Source: Raillietiella orientalis
Taxonomy: Eukaryota
Assembly (NCBI GenBank): GCA_036172245.1
Contig: JAYWIR010000004.1
Coordinates: forward strand, 5,518,001 to 5,582,000
Length of the DNA: 64,000 nucleotides
Direction of reading: 5' to 3'
Part shown: piece by piece, positions 23,601-34,749 of the stretch
How positions within the stretch are numbered: position 1 is the stretch's first letter
Layout of the letters: every line of letters starts with the position of its first letter
The notes under the pieces: model-generated
Told to the model about the DNA's origin: nothing
Databases searched by the model: none
What the model saw: only the letters and a program-made list of their open reading frames with translations
Translations under genes and position numbers: made by a program

Positions 23601-26600
23601 CTCTCAGTGTGAAAATAAAACGTGGACTGTTCAAACATCCAAGCACTCGCTGTCCCTTTTTGCAAATGGGTTCTCCGTTTGCACAGACAAGAATCTGTTG
23701 ATCCCCTCGTGTAAAGGGGTCATCAGCATTGATGAAAGAAGCCTGAAAGGAGTCGTCGAAAAGACCGCAGCCACCGTTCACTTGTCTGCCCGAACCCCTG
23801 CCGCGTCTCAGAAGACTGCCTGCGAGTACTCTGTGCCCAGCGTGGAGGAAAAGTTTCGGTAAGCAACGTCGCTGGCAACATCCCGAGGAAGCCATTCGTG
23901 GAGAAAATTCGAGAAGATGCACCCGTCTCCTGCTGCCTCATCGACCTGCACGAATGGCCTCCGAGCGATGCAAGTTCGGCGTTGACCAGGGTTTTGTCGA
24001 AATTTTTCCTGGCTGGCGTTCGGCGGCAGAGGATCCCCGGGCCCGAAAGACACGTGCAGAAATGCAGCGGAACAAGGTCATCTGGCTTTTGCATTCCCCA
24101 ATCCCCTGGAGCGTCGTTACCGCTCTGCAGGGCGACGGAGTCCAGAGAGTGGGGATGCCGAAAGAGCGTCGAGAGAGTGGGGTGCAACAGCAGAGGCAAC
24201 CCGCCAGCCTTCGGGAAACCAGGAAAGCGATCGGGAAAACACGTGGTCATGAAGAGAGCAGAAACCGGAACAAAGGGAGAGGCGTCGGTTCTCCTGAGAA
24301 CCTACTTGGTCAGAAGAAACGAATCCCCTACAAGGGGAGGGAGGGAACACGGAGAAGGCACCACATGTTGCAAGAGTTTTAGCAGGACCAGCATGCCGAC
24401 GAAAGTGAAACTCGGTTGAGAGTCTAAAGCAGGAGCAGCCGAGAGGCACTCTTTGAGGTAAGGTCAGGCGGGGGGGGCTCGCGAGGCCAAGAAGAGGAAC
24501 TGAGAGACACTAGGAAACCTTGCAGAGTTTCCAAAAGGTGAGCCCACCTTTTGAATCATAGACGAAGAGAAGAGCAGATTTTGATAAATTCGAAAGTCTC
24601 CACGGCTACGATGGGAAACCGTCAAGGGGGGTCGCACCACCACACCACCTTTTTCGGATTTTCCCGTGGGGCCACGAGTAAAGTGGAAGGGCGAGGAAGA
24701 GCAAGTCGTCTTTCTTCCGATGCGAAAGTGGAAGCGAATTCTCCAAAGGGGAGGAGGCTCATAACGCCGCTGTTCCCCAAAGGAAGAAAGACGACCTTAA
24801 ACAGGAGAGTTTTCGTTTCCAACTCGTCACGTCCGCTTCCGGAAGCGAAACGAACCGTCCCATCGCTTGTCGGACCTGGGAAAGCGTGAAAAGGCAAGGG
24901 GCGGGAACGGGAAGCAGACTCCCTGAGGAATGTGTGGAGTCGTTTGCCCCTCGCATGCATTCCCTCCCTTTCGCGGGTTGCGGTTGGCTTTCGCAAGCGA
25001 TAAAAGGGCGAGCTGCGCTCTTGGCCGCATGGGCGCGCTCGAAGACTCTCCCAGGCACGAGTTCGGACACCTGGCTTCCCCCATAGCCACTTTGTCTGAA
25101 GTGGCGAAAGAAGTGCAAAGTGAGTGATCCTCCGAGGATCCTCATCGCAGATCAGTTTGCCCGAGGTCTCACCTGAAATTTTCAACGTATCTGATCCTAT
25201 CAGTATCTCGTTCTTCGTTGCCGAAAACAGCAGTTTACCCAGTGGATCGACGATCCTAAACATCTTGGTAACAGCTTCCAGCTTCCCATTCCCTGAAACG
25301 GATCTTGCGGATTTTGCGATCTGCCCCCCTCCCCTTTATCCAACTCGGGTTACCCAGAAACAGGCTGCTCTTGACTCTTCCCCGACTGTTTCTGGCGTTC
25401 AGGCTGATGTTCGCCGCCGACTCGAGCGTCAGTGGGCTGCTCCCTTCGGTTGCGATTCTTGATGTGACCAGAGAGCCGAGCACGCGAGTTTCCTTTTTCA
25501 AATGTATCCCCGTGGACGTGATTTTGATTTTTTTCATCCCCTTCTGAAACGACGGGACATTAGTGGATGGAAATCGTGTGCAGGCCACCTTTACAGATGC
25601 CCGCAAAACAGGATTGAAAAGGGGCTCATCAGCACGAGGTCACTAGACGTCGCCACGGATTGTTTCGAGACGCGCTCTTGCGGTGATCGACGGCCCGTGG
25701 ATGGTGCTGAACGTCAGATCCGTCAAGACGGTGTGGATCGCGGATCCCGTGGAAAAAGCGCTGGCACACCACACCTGCAGAATTCGCTGCTGCACCTTTT
25801 CCAGGATCAGCTTCCGGATTTCATTACAGTACGAATTACCGAGTACCGAGATACTCGTCGGTAATTCGTTCCGGAACTCGTGACGAGCGCCGACACCGTC
25901 GAGTACCGAGGTACCACTGTATTAGCTAGCGCCAAAAGTTACTGATTGCTTCTTTCCTGAGAAAATCGGAGGTTATTAACTATTAGCTGCTGTCACGCAC
26001 AAGATGCTACAGCACCTTACGTAGTCACCTCTGTTCGCGACTGATCTGATGCATCCATTGCACTCATTCTTTCTCAAGCTGATCTGTTAGTCACTCAACT
26101 TACGATTTTCCATGGTTACTAGGTCATGGTCTAAGCACCTCACCTTACGATTCCCACCCCTGAGGGCGAGCTCTCTCAGAGATGAGACGGCTGCGAACGA
26201 AAATACGAAGCTCGACAGAGCTGCTTTTCCAAGTCGGTTGCCGACTGTTTCGGACCCCGGTGCCCAGTTTCGATCTGGACTCCGGAAATTCGGTGTGCAT
26301 TTCCGGAGGAACGTTAAAATTTACACCAGGAATGAGCACTGGATTTGCCATTTGGTACTGTCAAGCAAAAACGTCTCTGTTTCGGAAGACCTTCGACGTG
26401 TTTCTTTCTTCAAAAAAATCAACATTTCGACTATCCTTTTGACTACCTTTACGTTCTCTGTCGACAATGATGATTTATTTAACCTCTATAGATATATATT
26501 TCTTTCAATTCATTTTTTTGTTGTGACAGCTGGATTTATTATTTGCTTGCAATGGTAATCGATTTCATTATCGAGGTCTTTCTAGGTGTTGGGGACGGGT

Positions 26601-29600
26601 GGTCAGGCGTGATCTCAAGCTACCCTTCAGGATGTCCTGTGTCTCCTCCTTTTGTTCATCCTGTCTAGAGACAAGGATCGGTGAAGGTGCATCTCCGAAG
26701 CGGTCCAGCTTCCATCTCTCCTGGTCCCCCCTTCAAATGCAGTTGCCGCCTGCTCCGTACGCTCCGAGCTTGCAGTAAACTCAAGTTCGCCCTTGTACAT
26801 CATCGTCCTCTTCCTTGTTCCCAGTGGTTTTACTCAACACTTCCAGCAGCACTCCTTCGTGAGGAAGACTCCCGTCTGTCCACTCCATCCCCAACGTCCA
26901 ACCCGTGATCCACCTCAGGAACAGCGTTCGCTTCCGCGCGCCCTCAACGCTGACAGAACGACACAGCAGGGGTGGCGCGTAAAAAAGCTGTCGCCCGCTG
27001 TGGCCACGCGCGCTGCTTTCCATCGGTAGGTTTCCGACCACCCCTAAATATTCTGTGCGTTTACCTCATTATGCTCACTCTGCAGGCGTTCTTAACACTT
27101 TTTCTACCGGAAGACTATCAACGGGCTTTTCGATGCCGACGCTTATCGACCAAGAGCCTATTAATCGGCTTTGCGGTTGTCGAGATCTATCCGCCGGAAG
27201 GATCTGTTCAATTTTTAGTAAAGCATTCATATTGTACGCTGACTTGTAAGTAACTGTACAATAATCTATCCGTGTCTTTACAAATTTGAAAATGTTGACC
27301 GTTTACAATGGATCAAGATAGTGAGAATAAAGAGGGTCATATGTCGGACTGTAGCAGTTATTCAGAAGGTGATGCTGATGATCGTGACAGCAGCAATTCT
27401 ACAATCATTGAGAAGCGGCGTCGGGTATTGCCGCAATTTAGCGACCCACATAGTGATAATGCTGATGACACCGAAGTAAAGACGGTACTTGGTTGACAAG
27501 CGACAAATAGATCATTTTGGAATGCTTCGAAGGCAACTCCGGAGTAAAAATTCTACAAAATCCAAAGGTGTGATGGACTTTCTACATTTATTTATGGGGG
27601 ACAATCTTTTAGAACATATGGTTGCGGAAACGAATAGGTATCACACCTTTATGATGTAAATAGGCACTTACGCCCCACGAGATAGCCAAAACCGGGTCAG
27701 TACTGGCTACTCGTTAGGCCCAACTGAGTCGGTTGTTAGTGAGTGGCGACCTCTGATACGAGCGGTAAATAAAGTGTTAAGACCCAGGACGACATCGAAG
27801 AGCCGGAGTTTGTTAGAAGGGCAGAGCTACAAACGGCTGCGCTCTTCAGGCTTTCCGCGCGGTGAGCAGGAAGGAGCACGCGGTCCAAAGGTGGAGCCGC
27901 AAACTGAATCGATGCATCCGCTGCAACCTCGTGGTGACTGTCGATCTGCGCGCACGTGCGTGTGGAGAGGAAGGAAGGAGGGGAGGAGGGGGGATGCACA
28001 TCTTCACCGGCAACGGGGAACCGCGCATTCCCATCCCTTCGGCAAATTGTCCCAGTTCTCGTTTTCTGCCTCCTTGGATACTGCTTGAGAGTGTTCTGGG
28101 AAACGTCTGGGGGCCTTGAAGAACTGTTGGTGGCTCTTGCAGGCCGCTTGCTTCCGACAGACTCTGTGCCCCATTGAGAAAGAAGCGACCGGATGGATCT
28201 CTTGGTGCCAGCCCCATTTTCCCGTAACATCGGTTCCAATGACACCAATGGAAGGAACACCAGAAATAAGTTGATGGCTTAGGGAAGGCAACAACACGGA
28301 AGACTCCGTTCGTGTTTGCCGTGGTTTGTTTCTATTCAAAGGGTCAGTAGCGACCTCAAGGCATGGGGATCGTTACTATTGGCCTAGATGATGGAAGTCC
28401 TGTTGGGTTTTCTTTTTTTTTGGGGTTCGCTGAGTGCTGAAGAACCACTGCCTCTTAGGGGAGGCCCATGAAGCTCTTTGACGCTGTGGACGCAGCCCGA
28501 GGGTGCGTGTTGACTCTTCAAGCTGTAGGGGACAGCCACGGAAGGACCACTTATGAGTCCAGGAAGGCTCCGGAGGAAGGAGTCCGTTCCTTTCGAACTC
28601 TTAGGAGGAAACCCCAAATCGAACCTCTTTCTTGTTCTCTCAGGAGTGGTCCCTGGTTTGTGGAGGCCGCTCCATTCTTTCTTCTCCAGAGGGAACCGCT
28701 CCTTGTTGCTCGGAAGAGAATCGAGAAGGAATGTTTCCGGATTTTCTCTGAAGGGTCGCTCCCCGACCAGGCAGCGCTCCCCTTTACTCTCTGGAGAAGT
28801 GTCAGCCAACCAGCTCCATGGTATGAGATGGACGGCTCTATTCGCACAGCCGCAGGGGAACTCCGAAGGGAACCGGCTCCTCGATTCCCGGAAGGACCCC
28901 TGAGAGCGGGCCCACTTCTAATCCCGGTCACTCGACGTGAGCATCCGGTTTCCCAGTTTCACCAGTGCCTCACCTCCTGGTAGACTGTGTTGCCCTCCGA
29001 CCGTTTTGGGGACGCTTGGCCACGACCCTTGGAACCCCCAGCGGCAACGCCAGAAACGTTTTAAAGTGCCTCTTCCTGAGCAACGCCCTCTCGCTGGCTG
29101 CATCCCTACGCGGGATCGTGGCCTCTTGGAACAACGCCAGAGGCCAGAACCACAGGGACGCATCCATTTTGCTGTCCTCTACATGAGGACAGCGTCAAGA
29201 TGGCCCCATCTGGGAACCATAAAACAGGAACTTGCCGGCATCCTTACAAGAATGCAGCGGGGGCCCTCCAACACACAGTGATCCCTTCCCGAACCCCCTC
29301 TCTCCCTTCATCCTTTTTGACTGCAGTTTTTTTGGTTTGTTTTTCTCTTTTTGTTTGTCTTCACTTCCCTCGTGCTGTCGAGGCGCACCCTGCTTGCCTA
29401 CTTGCCAGATCTCGGCAGGCTCCTTTTCGTATTCATAAGTAACGTGGCAGGATCAAACGTCCTGCCACAGACATGTAGGTTTGTTTTATAAATAAACGCC
29501 TCGGCGTGACCGGGTGTCAACCAGTGCCGCACCCCAATGAATGTAGGGGTACCAGAGTCATCTTGCGGGGGAACTCGAACTCACGACGCACCCCCATCTC

Positions 29601-32600
29601 TAGGCGTCGATCCTTTCCGAGTATTCGGACCCGCGACGCTTGATGGCGCGCGCGGAGACGGCAACCACGTGGCCTCCGAGGCGGGATGTGGTTTGAGGTA
29701 ATTCACTGGTGTCCGGGTGGAAAAAATAGGTGTTCCCAAGCAAAACCCATTCTTTGAATAGAAAAAAAAAGGGGGGTGGGGGTGGAGGAGGGGAGGGGAA
29801 GAAAGAAGCATTGAGGGTCGGGACAGCGATCTAAGCAAAAATTTTTCTTTCCCCCTGAGTTTCCCATTCAGGTGGCACTTATTGAAAGAATGAGATGTTG
29901 GTTGCTCGAGTGTATTCTTGTGCATTCGTGCTGCATTGCACGCATACCTGGGGTTTTTCCCCGTTTTCTTTCTTTCTTTTTTTTTTTTTCGGAAGGGAGA
30001 AACGTTTTCCTTTTCCGTCAGAGTGATTTTCAATTTTAATTGGCCATCACCGCTGCAAACCGGAAGGTGTTGCAGCAGAACACGGCTCGATCCTCGAAAG
30101 GGACCATCTCTGATTTGCGACCTTCGGGTGGGGCTCTCCACGGCAAGCGCGTGCCCAGTTAAAATTGAGGAGAGAGAGGTGAGCGGACTCGGTTGCTCTT
30201 GTTTCACGTGCTGCTCATTCCACCCGTTTGCACGCAACCTTCCCCACTTTCTTGCTGTCCCGCAGATGCAGTTGTTCCTCTGCAGCCCCGAGGTTTTTGC
30301 GACTTCCTCCTCTGGGATCGAATGCTTGTGCATCACCACTGCGTTTGTTTCAGGAACCCTTCCGTTCACTCCGTCTTTTCTGAGTGCTCCTCTTCCTCCT
30401 TTCGAGTGGCAGCAGCTGTTCCTCCCCCTCCTCTTTCCTTCTCGAGCTGGCTTCTTTCGAAGCACGATTTTTGGAAACCACCGGATTGGATTCCGCGGAT
30501 CGGAAGGAGGAGGTATTTTAGAAGCCAGTCTTGCCGCTTCCGGTTTGAAGAATGCGTGCGATGAATCTCGCGGTATTTCCGGTTCTTCTTCATGTGGTCT
30601 CGGCAAGATCGATCGGTTGGTGCGCGAAAATGGCAGAAGTTGAATGTTCTGAGATGCTCAGGTGGTGGGATTTCTGGCTCGAGCCGTCGGAAGGCGGCCC
30701 CGTAGGATGAGTTCTCTGCTGGCCAATGTTACCAAAGTTCCGTGGATGCAGAAGATCGATCTCGAGAAATTCCGCAGCTCTTCCCGCATCAGCCCGCCGT
30801 CGCGGGCGTATTTTCCCGTGAACCCAGGAGGTTAAATGGCATTACTGTTCAAGAATAACAGCCAACTTCCAAGAATGATCCACAATGGTTCTGCGATAAG
30901 GCGCATTCGAAGTTTATTGAAGCGGGAAACTATCGATCTTTGCTCCCTTTCCCCAATTCCCGAACGCACGTGGCCCTGGAATAAACCCGAATGTCTTATT
31001 GAAGAAACTGTTTCGCACCCGTTGCTGCTGAAATTGTGCTTCATTCCAGGTTCCACGTGTTTTGTGTTTTCCTAATTCCAAAACGTGTTGTTCTCTGGAC
31101 TCTTCTTTCGTGGATGCTGCAAGACAGATCGACGCCAGCGTGCCGGTGGCAGCAAGTTATTCTGCGAAAAATCGGCCGTTCACTTCAGTCCTCGCTCTTC
31201 CTTTCGGATTTCCCTAAATGAAATTCGAATTTCCGGGTCCTGAATGATTTAGAAATGGGCAAACGTCATGCAAGTTTAACTACGTCCTTCTTGATCGCAT
31301 CAAACAGAGTGCGGCTGCTGCCAGGGTAGTTGAAAACATGTTCCTTCAAACTGGCAGCGTGTCTTTCCTTCTCTTCTCTTTCTTCCTTCCTTCCTTTCTT
31401 TCTTAGCTTTGTCCTTTGAAATTCCGTGTATTTCTAAAACCACAGTCCATACTTTTCGTATCAACCATTCGGCTTCTGCTTCAATTACGGTCTGACTTTA
31501 TATGGTTTTTGAGATCCTTTTAGCACTTAAGGAACGTACACGGCTGCACGTTTACTCATGGGAATCCAGGCGCACTTCAGCTGATTGCTCCCAACCAATA
31601 CAGCGTCGTCATAACGAACTGTTTGTATTGCAAATTAGATTATAAGAGAAGAGAAATTCTTGTGTTATTTCTGGTTCTTTCTTATCTCTTCTGACGATAA
31701 TTGAAGGTTAGGTCATTCGAAAGCATGCAAACGAACGACAGAAGATTTGTGGGACCTTCCCCTGCCGAAGAAGGAAGGAGCACGGGAAAGCGTTTAACAG
31801 CTTCGGAAGAATGCTTTCTTTCAGGAGGCCGTGACGGAAATTCCTCATCCTCGTTACGATCGATCACATCCATTGATTGTTCCGGCTTCACCTTGTTTTA
31901 ATGACACGAGTCCGCGTGGTCAGTCGGGATCGTCCGCTCAAGTTCAAAGGACTGAAAGCAGATCGTCCACCCAAGTCTAAGCTTACCAAAAGCAAAGAAT
32001 AGTTATAATCCTCCTCTACTTCTCCTCCTGTCCCTCTGTCCCTCTCCAGACAAACGCCTCGAGATTCGGAATCACGAAAATTAAAAAAAAAAAAGAAACC
32101 CTGGAAAACCATTCACGCTATCATCTCATCAAACTATCTAATAATGATGAGGTATCCCATATCCCGAACTGGTTAGGTGAGTGCAAGAAATGCAAACGGA
32201 GGAGATCCCGTTTCTCTGGAGATGGAGGTTCCGATGTCAGCGCTGTTGCACGAATATTCCTGCACCCTCAGGTGAATAGCGGTGAGACTACACCAATAGC
32301 TAACAAGAGACTCGTTTCGTTGATCCAGAGCGTTCACCGCGGAAGAGTGGAACTCACGAGCCGACTGATTCGTAATGATTGACCCATTTAAAGAGTCATA
32401 GCGGGCTGAGTCTGTCATTCCACGTGCAGGAACTCCCGATGCCAGTTAATGACCCGATCATATGAATGAATCCTCACCTTCACGGCAGAGCATGGATTCC
32501 TCCAGCTGTAGTTACTTCTGTCTTCAGATTATCTTCTGCTAGATTGCATCTGTCCTCTGTCTGTCACTCATAAATCATCAAAGACGTTTCTAGGACGTTA

Positions 32601-34328
32601 TTCAGAAAAAAAAAAAAAAAAAAAAACAGAACAATGAATTTTTCTTATTTCTTCTATAAATATCAGAAATTCCTTCTTGCGAAGCGAATCCTCCCTTGCG
32701 ATCCAGTTGCCTTATATTTTTCATTTTTGCCGAGTTTTAAGAAGCTCCACATTCATCAAGCCAACGGCTCCGCGACCGCTGTTTTCTTCAGGTAGGCACT
32801 GACAACACCATCAGGTGCTTTTGGCCTCCAAACACGTATTTTACTTTTGATACGTAATATGTGTTTTGGACGGACGTGCACTGCTGTTTGCTTCCTGCTT
32901 CCTCTTTGTGAATGAGACTCTTTATTGACTCGCGGGTCTGAGGTCGTGCCGACCTCTCCAGATTTCGCCGAACGGCTGGATGTGATTCGAAGTGAATTCG
33001 ATTGTGATTCAGGAGAAACCGCTAAATTCGCGAATTCCTTTGGAAAAAACAAACAAACGATCCCGCCCTTCTGAATGGTGGGAGGATGCTTTGGAACGCT
33101 CGGAGCGCTGCAATTCATCTTGCAACTGCTGGCGCCTCTGATCGCTCACCCACGACTCATGAATGGAAGTCTTCTCTGTCCATCCGGGAATGGGGATGCT
33201 CAGGTCTTGTGAAAGAACGGCTGCTTCCCGTTAGCTTTCTTTCAAATCTCCATACTGAATTGTGAAAACAAACGCTGATTTTCGGCCGTTGAAGTGAGCG
33301 GGCGATTCCATTGAGAATTCGCTTTTCCATTGCCTACCTTATGAATTGCCACGGATCGGTCGGATTTCTTTACTTATTGCACGGCGAAATCGTCTTTGAT
33401 GAGCACAAGCGAATTCCAAGGTGGCAGGAGGCAGCGCAGAGTATGAGCAATTCGATCCGCCTCTGATCACTTTTCGCGAAGCATCCTTAGTGAATTGTTT
33501 GTAGGGATCCCTTTCCCTGGGTGGATGGATTCGTTTTGAATGGATGTCAGGTTTTCTCTTCCGGAGGAAACGAAGAGTCGCGCGGGGTGCGGAGCCTGGC
33601 AAACCCTTTCACGCAAGATTGCTACGAAATCCTTTAAATTCGTCAGATAGGGATGAAAATAAAAATGAAAAGGCCTCGAGGGCACCTCTACAAGGTAGTC
33701 TTGCTTTCGAATTTTCGGGGTGCGAATCTTCGTGGAAGGATTCCTGCTTTGGAGTCGTCTACTGCACTGGCGGCGGCTGTGCGGGAGGCGGTTGCACCTG
33801 TCCGGCTCCCCCTCTGTCTCAGGTTCGAAACCCGGTAGCGGCGGACTGAAGTTGCTCTCAGCGAAACCCGCGACGGCCACTGGTGTCCGGGAAGTTCTCT
33901 GGACTTCCCATTTCCGACGCGCGGCGGTCTTTTAGCGCCTCCTGGAAGTTTTCTCTCCCCCCCTCCCCTCATTCATTCCATGCTCCTCGTGCAAAATTTT
34001 TCGCTTGCTCTTTGCTTCTCATTCATCTGGGGACGAAGAAAGTTGTAGACGACGAACCCGATTCGCGGAAGCAAGGAGGGATGCGTGCACTCGTGTGCTT
34101 GCCACTGGGGTAGAATACCAATTACCAGATCGAAATCCAGGACCCTCATGATCCACAAAAGAAGCGTGAGATTGATGATGGTCATCAGAATCAACAGCAT
34201 AAAAAGCACGAAGATGAGTTTTTTCTTCCAGCTTTCCAGGAATGGTGAGCCTTCATCCCTCAGGCTGGACAAATCACGATTCGTTTCAGTTGATTTCACG
34301 ATTTTGGGGCGGCATCTCCCACTACGGT
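17656..34328 (-). CDS. SGCD: Sarcoglycan of the delta/gamma/zeta type (type II membrane protein), 5'-incomplete model
   Basis: Exons 34328-34126 (TM helix WKKKLIFVLFMLLILMTIINLTLLLWIMRVLDF), 25543-25354 (GMKKIKITSTGI..PLTLESAANISLNARN), 25292-25173 (FRIVDPLGKLLFSA), 18107-18035 (FEGSVQTPHIRA), 17994-17871 (LESLTRTLEMSAPKGITLESRAGDI), 17826-17656 (C-terminal LCACKSGKLFL..C..C). All GT-AG, phases consistent. The 34.3 kb exon starts in phase 1 with no ATG before the TM helix, so an upstream exon is missing. Paralog assignment within delta/gamma/zeta is by analogy only. Confidence 0.93.
20700..24450 (-). mobile_element. Highly decayed BEL/Pao LTR retrotransposon relic (gag to RNase H) inside a sarcoglycan intron
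   Basis: Collinear motif remnants on the minus strand: gag knuckle-like FILQIGHL (~22890), IGLPWR (~22040; Pao xLPWK), VLEEGRDLI (~21700; L..GP.L) and LQVLTDSTEKA (~21170; LHVFxDASEKA). Many stops and frameshifts. Boundaries approximate, no LTR identified. Confidence 0.5.
25827..25919. mobile_element. Internally deleted/rearranged copy of the pogo/Tigger-like MITE at 40938-41281
   Basis: TA-flanked. Right end GACACCGTCGAGTACCGAGGTACCACTG matches 41252-41281, and TAATTCGTTCCGGAACTCGTGACG matches 40962-40985. Confidence 0.8.
27096..27776 (+). mobile_element. Internally deleted piggyBac element, 681 bp
   Basis: TTAA at 27092-27095 and 27777-27780. TIRs CACTTTTTCTACCG and CGGTAAATAAAGTG (12/14 match). 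Internal acidic N-terminal ORF 27308-27496, then frameshifted MDFLHLFMGDNLLEHMVAETNRY, the piggyBac F..FF...L...IV.ETNRY motif. Catalytic domain deleted. Confidence 0.88.
28325..29520. mobile_element. L1/Tx1-like LINE with an inverted body: 3' terminus on minus (28325-28392), body on plus (28393-29520)
   Basis: Body translates LPLRGGPMKLFD (post-RT LP..GGL.L.D) and VPHLLVDCVALRPFW..ELAGILTRMQR, homologous to 9200-9630. The 3' UTR has AATAAACGC..ACCGGGTG as at 9795-9820. 28341-28392 is the reverse complement of the terminal motif at 9824-9872. Confidence 0.8.
29521..29690 (-). mobile_element. Probable tRNA-derived SINE relic
   Basis: Minus strand has an A-box-like AGGCCACGTGG and B-box-like GGGTCCGAATAC and GAGTTCGAGTTCC. 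Shares ACCAGnGTCATCTTGCGG..GGAACTCGAACnCACGACGC..CCATCTCT..GATCCTT with 42040-42130. Confidence 0.5.
30150..31300 (+). mobile_element. Decayed BEL/Pao RT-RNase H relic
   Basis: In order: TLPFTPSFL (~30360; PFG..SPFL), LEASLAASGLK (~30520; L...GF.L.KW), TVSHPLLLKL (~31010; TIPRLEL) and VVLWTLLSWMLQ..RWQQVILRKIG (~31090; FWTDS..VL.WI..WK.FV.NRV). Confidence 0.5.
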
Positions 34329-34749
34329 CTAGAAACAAGGAATAAATGGTGAATGGGAAATTTCAATAAATAGGGAAGTCTATTCATTAGAACTTTGCCT
34401 AAGAGTCCATCCCTCTTGCTCTCAAGCTGTGTTGCCCAGACGCATAATGCCGTGCAAGTACACGCACAAAAGTGGCCGGCGGCAACTGCCACATTCTTAT
34501 GAAAACGAACAATGCATTCCAAGAATAAGGAGAGAGTGTGAGATCCATTCCTCAGCATCTCAACTGATTCGAAGCGCTCGGAACGCATCATTTGAAAAAA
34601 AGAAAAAAAAAATTGATAAATAAATAAACCAAAACAGAAAGTGAGCCTAATTCTTATTCAGAACGGAGGAAGAAAATCATCCAACGAATTTTAGCAGGAA
34701 AACGGAAAGGAAAAGAAGATGAGTGTGATGATAAGTCATTTGCCACATT

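Noticed and set aside
23500..23922. ORF with ILVCANGEPIC resembling a sarcoglycan C-terminal Cys motif
   Set aside because: The real C-terminus is at 17656-17826 with correct splice phases. This ORF has no fitting splice context and lies in a Pao relic.
27661..27740. Stem plus pseudoknot-like pairing suggesting an HDV-like ribozyme
   Set aside because: It lies in the piggyBac right subterminal region and lacks the HDV L3 and J4/2 consensus.
26583..28260. Possible hAT remnants (TAGG..CCTA ends and BED-like VYCKL on minus; dimerisation-like AFPSL on plus)
   Set aside because: TIR match poor, no 8-bp TSD, and the two protein hints are on opposite strands. Origin left uncalled.
33770..33850. 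GGTTCGAAACCC B-box, possible tRNA gene (similar hint at ~59018)
   Set aside because: No cloverleaf or acceptor stem could be built; at most a SINE remnant.
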